From positions 1 through 33,682 of the forward strand of contig JAHISY010000035.1 of NCBI GenBank assembly GCA_018817365.1: 33,682 nt of DNA, written 5' to 3'. The position numbers and the translations under genes are program-made. The notes under the pieces are model-generated. The model had not been told where the DNA came from. It saw only the letters and a program-made list of their open reading frames with translations, and did no database searches. The stretch comes from Patescibacteria group bacterium (GTDB lineage: Bacteria; Patescibacteriota; Gracilibacteria; JAHISY01). Numbering within the stretch: the first letter of the stretch is position 1; each line of letters begins with the position of its first letter. Shown piece by piece: positions 18,292 to 26,241 of this stretch.

Positions 18292-18356
18292 TGCAGGAAA
18301 AAGAAGCCGAGCTGAGTAGTTCGACTTCTTCTCCTTGATTCGAAATGCAGACCTCA

Positions 18357-21300
18357 TTAGGCGACAGAGTGGTTTTCGTACACTTCAGCATATTTTTCTG
18401 GATTCTCAACCGGCAATCCGCGAAGGCATTGCGCTCTTGACTTTTGTTCCTGCGCGATACTTTCAAAATATACTGAGGATTGATCAGCTGTTTCATAAAG
18501 TAGCTGGGGATTCAATTTTCTTGGATCTACTCCCGGAACGTTTTTAATTCGAAAAGCATCATAAAGTTCATCATAAACAAGCTCGTAATCTCCGCGCATG
18601 ATTGCTCGACGAATTGCTTGGCAATCTTCGATAGTCACAGCCATTCCATCTCCGCCTTTTTTAGGACTGCCATTTTTATCGACTACGTCGATGCCGACTC
18701 TTCCAGTATTTAATATAGCAAAAGGCATGATGTCCAAATTTCCTCGGAAATATTTTTGATTTCCATTTAAAAGATCATTTTTATCTAAAATAAATGGTTG
18801 AGCATGGGGAGCGTGGGTAATTTTGCCAATCTCTCCTCCTATAGCAGCTGTATTGATCGCCATTGCGCTGGAAAGATGGGCATTTACTTTTGTGGCACTT
18901 GCTTCAGTTTTAGCTTCTTCGCTTCTTGGATCGACGGTAATCAAAACAGCAGGATGGTGCGGTACACGTTCACACAGGAAGAAAATTCCTTCTTTTGCTT
19001 CGCAGTCAATTGTTCCAGCGTCGCCAGTCAAAATATCTGTCTTGCACATTGAGCGAAGGTTGTTATGAGTTTTATTAAAAATACCTTTTAGCTCCTCATA
19101 ACTTTGTTCGAAAGCCTCTAAATTATTTGTCGATTCTTTTAACTCTGCGATAATTCTGCCGAATTGTTTCTCTCTCCCTTTTTTGACGTAAGCTCTTAAT
19201 GTTAATTTTATTTTCTCAAGCTCTTGCTTAATTTGCTCTTCTGCTTTTCCTTTTTTTTCGGAGTTTTCTTCGTTATTTTCAGTGAGCTGCTTCAATTTTC
19301 TGAGATTGTCAGTAACGCCGGAAAGCAAATTTGTAATTTCTTCCGGATCGCCCTCCCAAACGGTGCGAGGATCGCTAAGCCGTTGTTTGTTGATATCATC
19401 GTCGGGAAGATTTTCTAATTCATCAAAATCGACATCTGCATCCATGCAATAAGAGCCAAATTCTTCCGTTCCGTAAGAAACAATTTTACGATTTTCTCCC
19501 TCTCCAGTAATTTTATCCAAAGTCATATCATCCTGACGCAGCCCAGCTGATCTTTTCAGTAAATAAGAGATTGCCGGTCTGTTTCTGCCGAGTTGGTAAT
19601 TTAATCCTTTGATCAAATTCTCGATAGTCGTTTGTTTTTCCGAATCCGTGCCTTTACTACTATTGATAAGATTTTCCACTGTTTTAAAGGTATATTCTTT
19701 CAGTTCATCAAAATTGAAAGCACCGTCGGCATTTACGCAAGTAGCCGTTTTACCCGTGCCACTGCCAGCCACCACTTTGATTACTATTTTTTTAAATTTG
19801 CTGATAATAGCTTCCTGCAAAGCGAGATCAAATGATCCACGACTAACCCCACGTTTTTCATATAAACTTTGATTTTGACCAAAGTGCGCACCAAAAATAC
19901 GGTCGGCGAGATATTCTTTTAAATTAACTTTGTCGGGAGCATCGACCGGAAAAATCTTATCAGGCTCCTGCTCTCGATCTTCTCCTTTCCTTTTCATTTT
20001 ACTGATGTCAATCTCCTCTGGATTCACAAAAATACTGCCGGAATGTTGCATGATAAGTCCGCCTTCATCCCATTCAGTCGCATCATCAGGTAACTCATCC
20101 CAACCTCCTTGCGTGTTTTTTTTGTACTTCTTTTTGGCAATTTCGAAAAGCAAGCAAAGCGGATGTTTCTTGAAAAGCCCCGTATAACTTTGAGCTCCAA
20201 GCACCCAGACAGTTTTTGCAATAGGATCAAAAATAGAAGCTCTTTTGTGGTATTCTGGCACGTATCGGACATTAACTTCCCCGAAAATCACTTTTTGTTC
20301 AGTCGGGCAGAGATCATGGAAATTTCTTACGCTCTCACTCCACATGAATGCTCCCGTGAGATTAGATGTTTCTGGTGTGATGACATCCGCTTTGGTGCGG
20401 AAACCTTCTCCGTAAACTTTTTCCAAATGGACGCAGCGTACCCTTTTTAAGTATTCTTGGGCGCACTTTATATGCCGCAAATTATCCTGCTCAATTGCCT
20501 CCCAAACTTTCACGTGAATATTTCCAGTCAAGTTTTTCATTTGCTTAATAAATCGACCTAATTTTTTGTTGACTTGCGTATATTTTTCAAAGGCATCATG
20601 CGCGTTGCGATCGTGAGTCACGTCGCGAGGCAAATCCATTAAATTATCTAAAGGGTTTCCCTCATCATCTTTGGTTATTTCGCGCTCTCGCGTTTCATTA
20701 TTTGTCTCCACTTGTCGGATATGTTTGATGAGAGTTTCATCTTCTCGAAGCAGTTGGATTATCTCTTGAAAATCAGTATCATTTTTAAATTTCTGAAAAA
20801 AATCTTTAACTGCTGGGTGGGAATTTTCCGCCATGCCGTCGAGCAGCAGACTCAAAAATCTTCGCAGCGCTTCTGGTTTGTAGAGGTGTTGTCCCATCGT
20901 GAGACTAAACCACGGAAAATGGCGAGCGTGGTCACCTCCTTCATAAAAGGGAGTGCCTTCTTTGTCATAAACTTTCATGCCATTATTGATTATCACTTGA
21001 TTAAATTTGGCAGTGCGTTTGATTGGCGGCTGTACGCGAAGTCGGTCGTCCGTGCTAAAAGTGAGTCCGGGTCCTCTTTCTTCGAGACGGGCAATCATTT
21101 CTTCTTTAGTGGGGTTTTCCCACATCGATTGAGGCTCGATTTCGGTGCTTATTATTGATGGATCTAATTTTTTGTCGAACAAACTTTCATATTCAGACCT
21201 TAAGAGGGTATTTCGGATGAATGCTGATTCGGCAACACAATGAGCATGTTCTCCTGATGCTCCGGTGATGTGAGACAGTTTTTGTGCTAAATGTTCGACT

Positions 21301-21569
21301 GGTTTGTAATCAAGCATTTTTTCAAGATCTTCTCGTCGTCCCAATCCTGCTTCTTGCAGTTTTTCTAAAAAAATTCCGGTTTGCCTCGCCCCTAGTGGTC
21401 CCTCCGCCAAATCAGGATAATCTGACAGTTGTTTTCCGGTTTTTGCAAAATAACTTGCCGCTTCGCTGGTGATAGGCCAGCCTAAATTTAAATCGCTGTC
21501 TGGACGATGATTGTATGGATCGAAAGCTGTCGTGTCAGATTCAGATGGAGAGGATTGAGGCTGAGACAT
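18357..21569 (-). CDS. Giant PEPCK-superfamily protein, probably PPi-dependent PEP carboxykinase-like
   Basis: 1070-aa uninterrupted ORF. Five motifs are collinear with ATP-PEPCK (E. coli PckA, quoted from memory). KMKRKG (524-529) matches GEMKKG. YLADRIFGAHFGQN (H562) matches YLLPLKGIASMHCSAN. The P-loop AGSGTGKT (601-608, nt 19746-19769) matches GLSGTGKT. NAD-GAFNFDE (613-622) matches GDDEHGW..DGVFNFEGG. AILNTGRVG...IEDCQAIRRAIMRGD...NVPGVDPRKLNPQLLY (~950-1025) matches LVNTGWNG..IKDTRAIIDAILNG...LPGVDTKILDPRNTY. The ~500-aa N-terminal region and a coiled-coil insert (~720-800) have no counterpart in 540-aa ATP-PEPCK. Confidence 0.55.
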   Translation of the reverse strand: MSQPQSSPSESDTTAFDPYNHRPDSDLNLGWPITSEAASYFAKTGKQLSDYPDLAEGPLGARQTGIFLEKLQEAGLGRREDLEKMLDYKPVEHLAQKLSHITGASGEHAHCVAESAFIRNTLLRSEYESLFDKKLDPSIISTEIEPQSMWENPTKEEMIARLEERGPGLTFSTDDRLRVQPPIKRTAKFNQVIINNGMKVYDKEGTPFYEGGDHARHFPWFSLTMGQHLYKPEALRRFLSLLLDGMAENSHPAVKDFFQKFKNDTDFQEIIQLLREDETLIKHIRQVETNNETREREITKDDEGNPLDNLMDLPRDVTHDRNAHDAFEKYTQVNKKLGRFIKQMKNLTGNIHVKVWEAIEQDNLRHIKCAQEYLKRVRCVHLEKVYGEGFRTKADVITPETSNLTGAFMWSESVRNFHDLCPTEQKVIFGEVNVRYVPEYHKRASIFDPIAKTVWVLGAQSYTGLFKKHPLCLLFEIAKKKYKKNTQGGWDELPDDATEWDEGGLIMQHSGSIFVNPEEIDISKMKRKGEDREQEPDKIFPVDAPDKVNLKEYLADRIFGAHFGQNQSLYEKRGVSRGSFDLALQEAIISKFKKIVIKVVAGSGTGKTATCVNADGAFNFDELKEYTFKTVENLINSSKGTDSEKQTTIENLIKGLNYQLGRNRPAISYLLKRSAGLRQDDMTLDKITGEGENRKIVSYGTEEFGSYCMDADVDFDELENLPDDDINKQRLSDPRTVWEGDPEEITNLLSGVTDNLRKLKQLTENNEENSEKKGKAEEQIKQELEKIKLTLRAYVKKGREKQFGRIIAELKESTNNLEAFEQSYEELKGIFNKTHNNLRSMCKTDILTGDAGTIDCEAKEGIFFLCERVPHHPAVLITVDPRSEEAKTEASATKVNAHLSSAMAINTAAIGGEIGKITHAPHAQPFILDKNDLLNGNQKYFRGNLDIMPFAILNTGRVGIDVVDKNGSPKKGGDGMAVTIEDCQAIRRAIMRGDYELVYDELYDAFRIKNVPGVDPRKLNPQLLYETADQSSVYFESIAQEQKSRAQCLRGLPVENPEKYAEVYENHSVA

Positions 21570-21613
21570 TTCAGAGGGTTAAATAGCATTTTAGATTAGT
21601 GGATTTTAATTTT

Positions 21614-21700
21614 TTGTCAACTAATCAAATTGAGTAAATTTTGTCCTCAACGTTTCTAAAAAAATCTCTTGTCAAAATCTAAAATTAAATTTGTCAAAAA
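21614..21700. promoter_or_regulatory. Four direct TTGTC(A/C) boxes in the divergent promoter region
   Basis: TTGTCAA is at 21614, TTGTCC at 21641, TTGTCAAAA at 21669 and TTGTCAAAA at 21691. Three of them read TTGACA (the canonical -35) on the minus strand, which is the strand of the PEPCK-like gene. For the plus-strand gene a possible promoter is -35 TTGTCA (21691) and -10 TAAACT (21713). Confidence 0.35.
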
Positions 21701-21723
21701 AGTGTTTCGTTTTAAACTGTAGG

Positions 21724-22419
21724 ATGCTCTTCTTCTCCAAAAGAGAAACCGATGCTAGATGTCTGCTAGAATTTTCTTTCATCTCTTCGCGAACGCGAGT
21801 TCTTATTTTGGCTGCTTTAGTGTTCGTCGCAGGACATGAAAAAGATTCAGCTACCGCGGCGGAGGCGTTTGCCAAAATTCACTCTCGCCAGCGGGTTTGC
21901 GATTGCATTCCGAAACCGCCGTGGTCGCATCCGATTGATCGATTGATCCGCTTGGCAATTTGCGAAAAGTTGGCGGAGATGCCGCCAAATTCGAAAGATC
22001 AAAAAAATCAATCTCTCGAAAGCAGGTTGGGATTGTGTGCGTCCTCCGAGATTTTGAAAAATTTACTGACAGCGACGCTTGCCGCTCCTCTCATTGAAAA
22101 AATCAGATTGAACGGGAAGATTGATTTTCTTGTCGCTCAGCTTTTTGAAATTTTTGATCAAGCGCCGCCGGAGCGACAAAAGCCGAATTCTTTTTTGCCA
22201 GAGACCGCGCGGGAGCTGCAGGAATTAATTCAAAATGATGGCAAGCTGCGCGCGAAATTCGGTTATTTGAATTTATTGGAAAACACGGAAAATGTTGGCG
22301 ACGATCTCGAAATAAATTATCAAAACTGCATCACGCTTCTAGCCAAACTTTCGGATGAAGAACGGGAAGGTTTGGTGAACCAGCTGCTGAGAAAAATTCA
22401 ACCGACTGCCGCGAATTAG
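21724..22419 (+). CDS. Hypothetical protein with N-terminal hydrophobic segment
   Basis: I prefer the ATG at 21724 over the TTG at 21691. The hydrophobic segment VLILAALVFVAG is followed by a helical ~190-aa domain. I recognise no family. Confidence 0.5.
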   Translation: MLFFSKRETDARCLLEFSFISSRTRVLILAALVFVAGHEKDSATAAEAFAKIHSRQRVCDCIPKPPWSHPIDRLIRLAICEKLAEMPPNSKDQKNQSLESRLGLCASSEILKNLLTATLAAPLIEKIRLNGKIDFLVAQLFEIFDQAPPERQKPNSFLPETARELQELIQNDGKLRAKFGYLNLLENTENVGDDLEINYQNCITLLAKLSDEEREGLVNQLLRKIQPTAAN

Positions 22420-22436
22420 CTTCATCGCAAATCCAT

Positions 22437-22472
22437 CCTCCTTCGCCCCACGTCTGCGCGGGGCTTCGGAGG
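22437..22472. other. GC-rich hairpin between convergent genes
   Basis: CCTCC-TTCG-CCCC-(10 nt)-GGGG-CTTC-GGAGG. Two 4-5 bp GC stems are separated by an internal loop. It has no U-tract and lies between the 21724 gene and the recJ stop. Confidence 0.4.
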
Positions 22473-22492
22473 GCAAGCCATACTTCGCTTAG

Positions 22493-24118
22493 CTATCGCA
22501 AATCCACCATCTTCAGCTGCAACTCGCAATTTCCATTCCACTCATTTTCCGAAAGCTGAAAAACGAGATCTGCGCTCCCGCGCTTCCCGAGCTCCTCCGC
22601 GAATTCGCCGAGACCGAAACCAATCGCGGTTATTTTTGTCTTCCCAATTTTCGCGCGAAGATGTTTTTCGCCATTTCCGACTGTCCGAATTTCCGCGAGC
22701 TCCACATTCTCGAGGTGAAACAATGGTTCCGGATTTCCCGCTCCGAAAGGCGCGAGGGTTTGCAGCTCCTCGAAAAATTCACATGAGAGACTTCGCTCCT
22801 CCACTTGCGAATCAATTTCCAGCCGCGGGATCAGCTCTACCGCTTTGATTTTTGCGCGCGCGTAGTCGCCCATTTTTTTTTCGAATGCCGCGCGATTTTT
22901 CGGTTCGAGCGTGAATCCCGCCGCGCCGCGGTGCCCCCCGAATTTCTGCAGCAAATCGGAATTGTCCCGCAGCGCTTCCGTGATGTTGAATTCCGGCAGC
23001 GGGCTGCGGCAGCTTCCCACGAATTTCCCGCCCGCCCCACTCATCACGATTGCCGGTCGGTGATATTTTTCCGCGAGGCGACCGGCAGCCAGCCCGATAA
23101 TTCCCGGATGAAAATTCTCGCCGCCGGCGATCAAAATTCTCTCCGCGCCGATTTCACCGAGTCGCTCCTCGACTTCCGCGAGCAATTTTTCAGTGAGTCG
23201 CTGCCGCCACGAATTCAGTTTTTCCAATCCGTCCGCAAATTTCTCGCCGTCTTTGTTTGCGAGAGCTTGAAACGCGATCAGCGGCGAGTCCAGTCTTCCC
23301 GCCGCGTTCAGTCGCGGCGCGATGCGGAAGCCGATATCTTCGCTCGAAATTTTTGAATTCAGACCCGCATTCGCGAGAATTTTCCGCAGACCCGGATTTC
23401 TGGTTCGCGGAATTTTTTTCAACCCCTCTGTCACAATCATCCGATTTTCTCCCGACAATTCGCAAACATCCGCGAGTGTGCCGATCGCGGCGAGCGCGAG
23501 AAGTTCATCAATTAGTTCGGAGTTCTTGGTTATTGGTTCTTGGTTCAATAAGGTGGTCGCCAATTTATAGGCGACTGCGGCTCCAGAAAGATTTTTTTCA
23601 GGATACTCGCAATCCTTCTGTCGCGGATTCACTATTGCGAAAGCGTTCGGAAGCTCATCTGGAGAAATATGGTGGTCGGTGATGATCACATCGATGCCGA
23701 ATGAATTCGCAAGCTCGATTTCCTGCGTCGCGGAGATTCCGTTGTCGACGGTGATGATCAATTTTACCCCTAATTTTTTCGCTTCCCTCACAAATTCCGC
23801 ATTCAAACCGTAGCCGTGCTTCGCGCGATCCGGCAGCCGCACGCTCACTTTGCTGCCTAGATTCGCGAGAGTTTTGAAAAGAATCACGCTTGCGCACACC
23901 CCGTCCGCGTCGTAATCGCCGACGATGAGAATCCGCTCTCCATTTTTCATCGCCGCTCGGATTCGCTCCGCAGCTTTTTCCAAATCTTTCAATTTTTCCG
24001 GCGGGTGAAATCCGCATTCCTCGATTCCGCGGATTTTTTTCAAATTTTCAATCAAATTCTCGCGCGAATTCTCAGATGGAAAAATCCACTTTTTTCCGAG
24101 AAGAGAAAGATTATTCAA
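22493..24118 (-). CDS. recJ: Single-stranded-DNA-specific exonuclease RecJ
   Basis: 541 aa. DHH-family motifs are VGDYDADGV, ITVDNG, IITDHH and the DHHA1 GGHRGAAG. The TTG start at 24116-24118 overlaps the upstream gene stop by 8 nt. Confidence 0.93.
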   Translation of the reverse strand: MNNLSLLGKKWIFPSENSRENLIENLKKIRGIEECGFHPPEKLKDLEKAAERIRAAMKNGERILIVGDYDADGVCASVILFKTLANLGSKVSVRLPDRAKHGYGLNAEFVREAKKLGVKLIITVDNGISATQEIELANSFGIDVIITDHHISPDELPNAFAIVNPRQKDCEYPEKNLSGAAVAYKLATTLLNQEPITKNSELIDELLALAAIGTLADVCELSGENRMIVTEGLKKIPRTRNPGLRKILANAGLNSKISSEDIGFRIAPRLNAAGRLDSPLIAFQALANKDGEKFADGLEKLNSWRQRLTEKLLAEVEERLGEIGAERILIAGGENFHPGIIGLAAGRLAEKYHRPAIVMSGAGGKFVGSCRSPLPEFNITEALRDNSDLLQKFGGHRGAAGFTLEPKNRAAFEKKMGDYARAKIKAVELIPRLEIDSQVEERSLSCEFFEELQTLAPFGAGNPEPLFHLENVELAEIRTVGNGEKHLRAKIGKTKITAIGFGLGEFAEELGKRGSADLVFQLSENEWNGNCELQLKMVDLR

Positions 24119-24545
24119 TGTTCAGTTTTTGAATTTCTCTGATTTTATTAAAACTAATCGAATATTGACCATTTTTTGGCGGATTTTGTTTATTGCCGCA
24201 TTTTTCCCAAACAGCCTCACCGTTTCCGTAATAAATTTCCTCGAATAGTTTTGGATTTTTTAAATCAAGATGTAAAACAAGCAAATGGTCTGGACAACTC
24301 GAAAGGGCAATTCTGTTTGTTTGAGTTGTTTTTATTTGTATTAGTTGATTGTCTTTCTTGGCATCATGTTTTTCAGTGCCGCTTGGTAGCAACTCAAATT
24401 TGTATTCCTCTCTCGCCCAAACCTCACCAAGACTGCCTACCAAATGACCGTCTAATGTGAACTTGCGTTTGGGAAACATTTTTTCCAATTTTTGAACAAT
24501 ATCTCCGAGCTGATGGATTAGTTTCGATAATTGGTTAAATATCAT
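24111..24545 (-). CDS. Small PD-(D/E)xK nuclease-like protein (restriction-endonuclease fold), function unknown
   Basis: 144 aa. FTLDGHLVGSLGEVWAREEY...EKHDAKKDNQLIQIKTTQ gives the G-x-x-GE helix followed by a D...(Q/E)xK core. By eye the gene is strongly AT-rich compared with lysS and recJ. Confidence 0.5.
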   Translation of the reverse strand: MIFNQLSKLIHQLGDIVQKLEKMFPKRKFTLDGHLVGSLGEVWAREEYKFELLPSGTEKHDAKKDNQLIQIKTTQTNRIALSSCPDHLLVLHLDLKNPKLFEEIYYGNGEAVWEKCGNKQNPPKNGQYSISFNKIREIQKLNIE

Positions 24546-24572
24546 GGTTGAGTTAAGTGGTTTGTCTAAAAT

Positions 24573-26030
24573 CTACCTCTCCGGCTTCATCAATGGAAAT
24601 AAAATTACATCTTTCAGATTCTCTGAATTCGTCAGCAGCGCGACAAGCCGATCGATGCCAATGCCCCAACCAGCCGCGGGGGGCATCCCGTGACTGAGCG
24701 CTTTTACGAAATCCTGATCGTTTTCCATCGCCTCCGCATCGCCACCCTCGCGCGCTTTCGTTTGTTCCGCGAATCTTTGCCGCTGATCATCCGCATCCGT
24801 CAATTCCGAAAATCCGTTGATCACCTCCCATCCCGCGATCACGAGCTGGAAACGGTCTACCCGCTTCGGATTCGAATCGCTCCGCCGTGAGAGCGGGGAG
24901 AGCTCGACGGGATGATTCGTCACAAAAGTTGGATCCACGATTTTCTCCCGCAAAACTTTTTTGTAAATCGTATCAATCAAATTTCCGCGACCGAGTTTTG
25001 CGAGATTCGGCGCGTCGATTTTCAGTTCCTGAATTTTCCCGCGGATCTCCGCGTCACTCGCTTTTTCCACATCAATTTTTACCGCCCTTTTCACCGCTTC
25101 GACGAGATCGATTCTCGCGAACGGAGTTTTTAGTGAGATCTTTTTTCCAGCAAATTCGACTTCTTTCTTCCCGAGCAGCTTCGCAATCTCCGCAAACATT
25201 TTCTCCGCGAGCCGCATCAAAAATTCAAAATTTTCGTACGCGGCGTAAAGTTCCAGCATCGTGAAATCTTGCAAGTGAGTGGGATCGATACCTTCGTTGC
25301 GAAAGCAGCGCGCGAATTCAAAAACTCGCTCAAAGCCGCCGACGAGGCAGCGTTTCAAATAAGTTTCCGGCGCGATTCGTAAAACGCAGTCGAGATCGAG
25401 TGCTGCGTGATGGGTTCGAAATGGTGTGGCGACTGCGCCACTCGGTTTAGTTTGCAGCACGGGAGTTTCCACTTCGATGAATCCCTCCGTCTCAAAAAAA
25501 TTTCGAATCGTTTTTACGAGATTTGACCGAAACAAAAATCTTTCGCGCGTCTCCCGATTTGTCGCGAGGTCGAGATGCCGCTCGCGGTATTTTTTTTCAA
25601 TGTTTTCGAGACCGTGAAATTTCTCTGGCAGAGGGGAGAGCGTTTTTGTGAGAAGCGTCAATTTCTCGACTAGCAGGCTCGGCTCGCCGTGTTTCGTTGT
25701 GAAAGTTTCCCCCGTAGCCCCGACGAAATCGCCGAGGTCAAGACGTTTCAGCCACAATTTGAAATCTTCGGTTTTCTCGTCTTGCAGCACGATTTGATAT
25801 TCGCCCGCGAGTGAAGAGAGTTTCAAAAAAGCGAGACGACCCATCTCTCGCAGAAAAATAATTCGTCCCGCGACTGCTACTTTTTTCACGCCATTTTTCA
25901 AATCGCGCGCTTCCGCGAGGCTGTGCGTGCGTTTGAAAGAATCCGCGTACGGCTGTACTCCTGCCTCGCGCAACTTTTTCACACGCTCGCGCCGAGCAAT
26001 CTCTTCAGCGGTATTTTTTTGAGAATTCAT
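24573..26030 (-). CDS. lysS: Lysyl-tRNA synthetase, class II
   Basis: 485 aa. An N-terminal OB anticodon-binding domain is followed by class II motifs: FIEVETPVL, FRNEG (motif 2) and GWGIGIDRLVALL (motif 3). Confidence 0.97.
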   Translation of the reverse strand: MNSQKNTAEEIARRERVKKLREAGVQPYADSFKRTHSLAEARDLKNGVKKVAVAGRIIFLREMGRLAFLKLSSLAGEYQIVLQDEKTEDFKLWLKRLDLGDFVGATGETFTTKHGEPSLLVEKLTLLTKTLSPLPEKFHGLENIEKKYRERHLDLATNRETRERFLFRSNLVKTIRNFFETEGFIEVETPVLQTKPSGAVATPFRTHHAALDLDCVLRIAPETYLKRCLVGGFERVFEFARCFRNEGIDPTHLQDFTMLELYAAYENFEFLMRLAEKMFAEIAKLLGKKEVEFAGKKISLKTPFARIDLVEAVKRAVKIDVEKASDAEIRGKIQELKIDAPNLAKLGRGNLIDTIYKKVLREKIVDPTFVTNHPVELSPLSRRSDSNPKRVDRFQLVIAGWEVINGFSELTDADDQRQRFAEQTKAREGGDAEAMENDQDFVKALSHGMPPAAGWGIGIDRLVALLTNSENLKDVILFPLMKPER

Positions 26031-26115
26031 TGAAAAGCTTTTACTTCCGTGATTTTAGCGGAAGGTTGGCGGGGGAGGAAGTTTAATTTAAAATTCGGCG
26101 GCTTTCTCGTGTCAC

Positions 26116-26192
26116 GCGCCCGTAGCTCAGTTGGATAGAGCGTCAGCTTGCGGAGCTGGAAGTCGCAGGTTCGAATCCTGCCGGGCGCACCA
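26116..26192 (+). tRNA. tRNA-Arg, anticodon GCG, CCA encoded
   Basis: I folded the cloverleaf by hand. The acceptor stem is GCGCCCG/CGGGCGC and the D arm is GCTC-AGTTGGATA-GAGC. The anticodon stem is TCAGC/GCTGG with loop TT-GCG-GA. The variable loop is AAGTC and the T arm is GCAGG-TTCGAAT-CCTGC. The discriminator is A, followed by CCA. Confidence 0.9.
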
Positions 26193-26241
26193 AGTTTGGA
26201 AGTTGGAAATTGGATATTAGAAAGTGGAAAGTGGAAATTTG
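26192..26241 (+). repeat. C-free run with five GGA motifs directly 3' of the tRNA
   Basis: AAGTTTGGAAGTTGGAAATTGGATATTAGAAAGTGGAAAGTGGAAATTTG contains no C over 50 nt. GGA occurs at 26198, 26205, 26212, 26225 and 26232. Confidence 0.75.

Noticed and set aside
18303-18328. An imperfect hairpin GAAGCCGAG-N8-TTCGACTTC between the gap and PEPCK-like gene ends, considered as a bidirectional terminator.
   Set aside because: Only 7 of 9 positions pair and there is no clear U-tract on either side. The evidence is too weak to list as a feature.
19704-19769. The P-loop AGSGTGKT suggested a STAND/AAA-type defence NTPase or helicase. NADGAFNFD superficially recalls the RNA polymerase NADFDGD metal motif.
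   Set aside because: There is no Walker B, helicase motif II or arginine finger in the expected positions. The flanking and C-terminal motifs line up collinearly with PEPCK instead. The RNAP-like string lacks the DxDxD triad.
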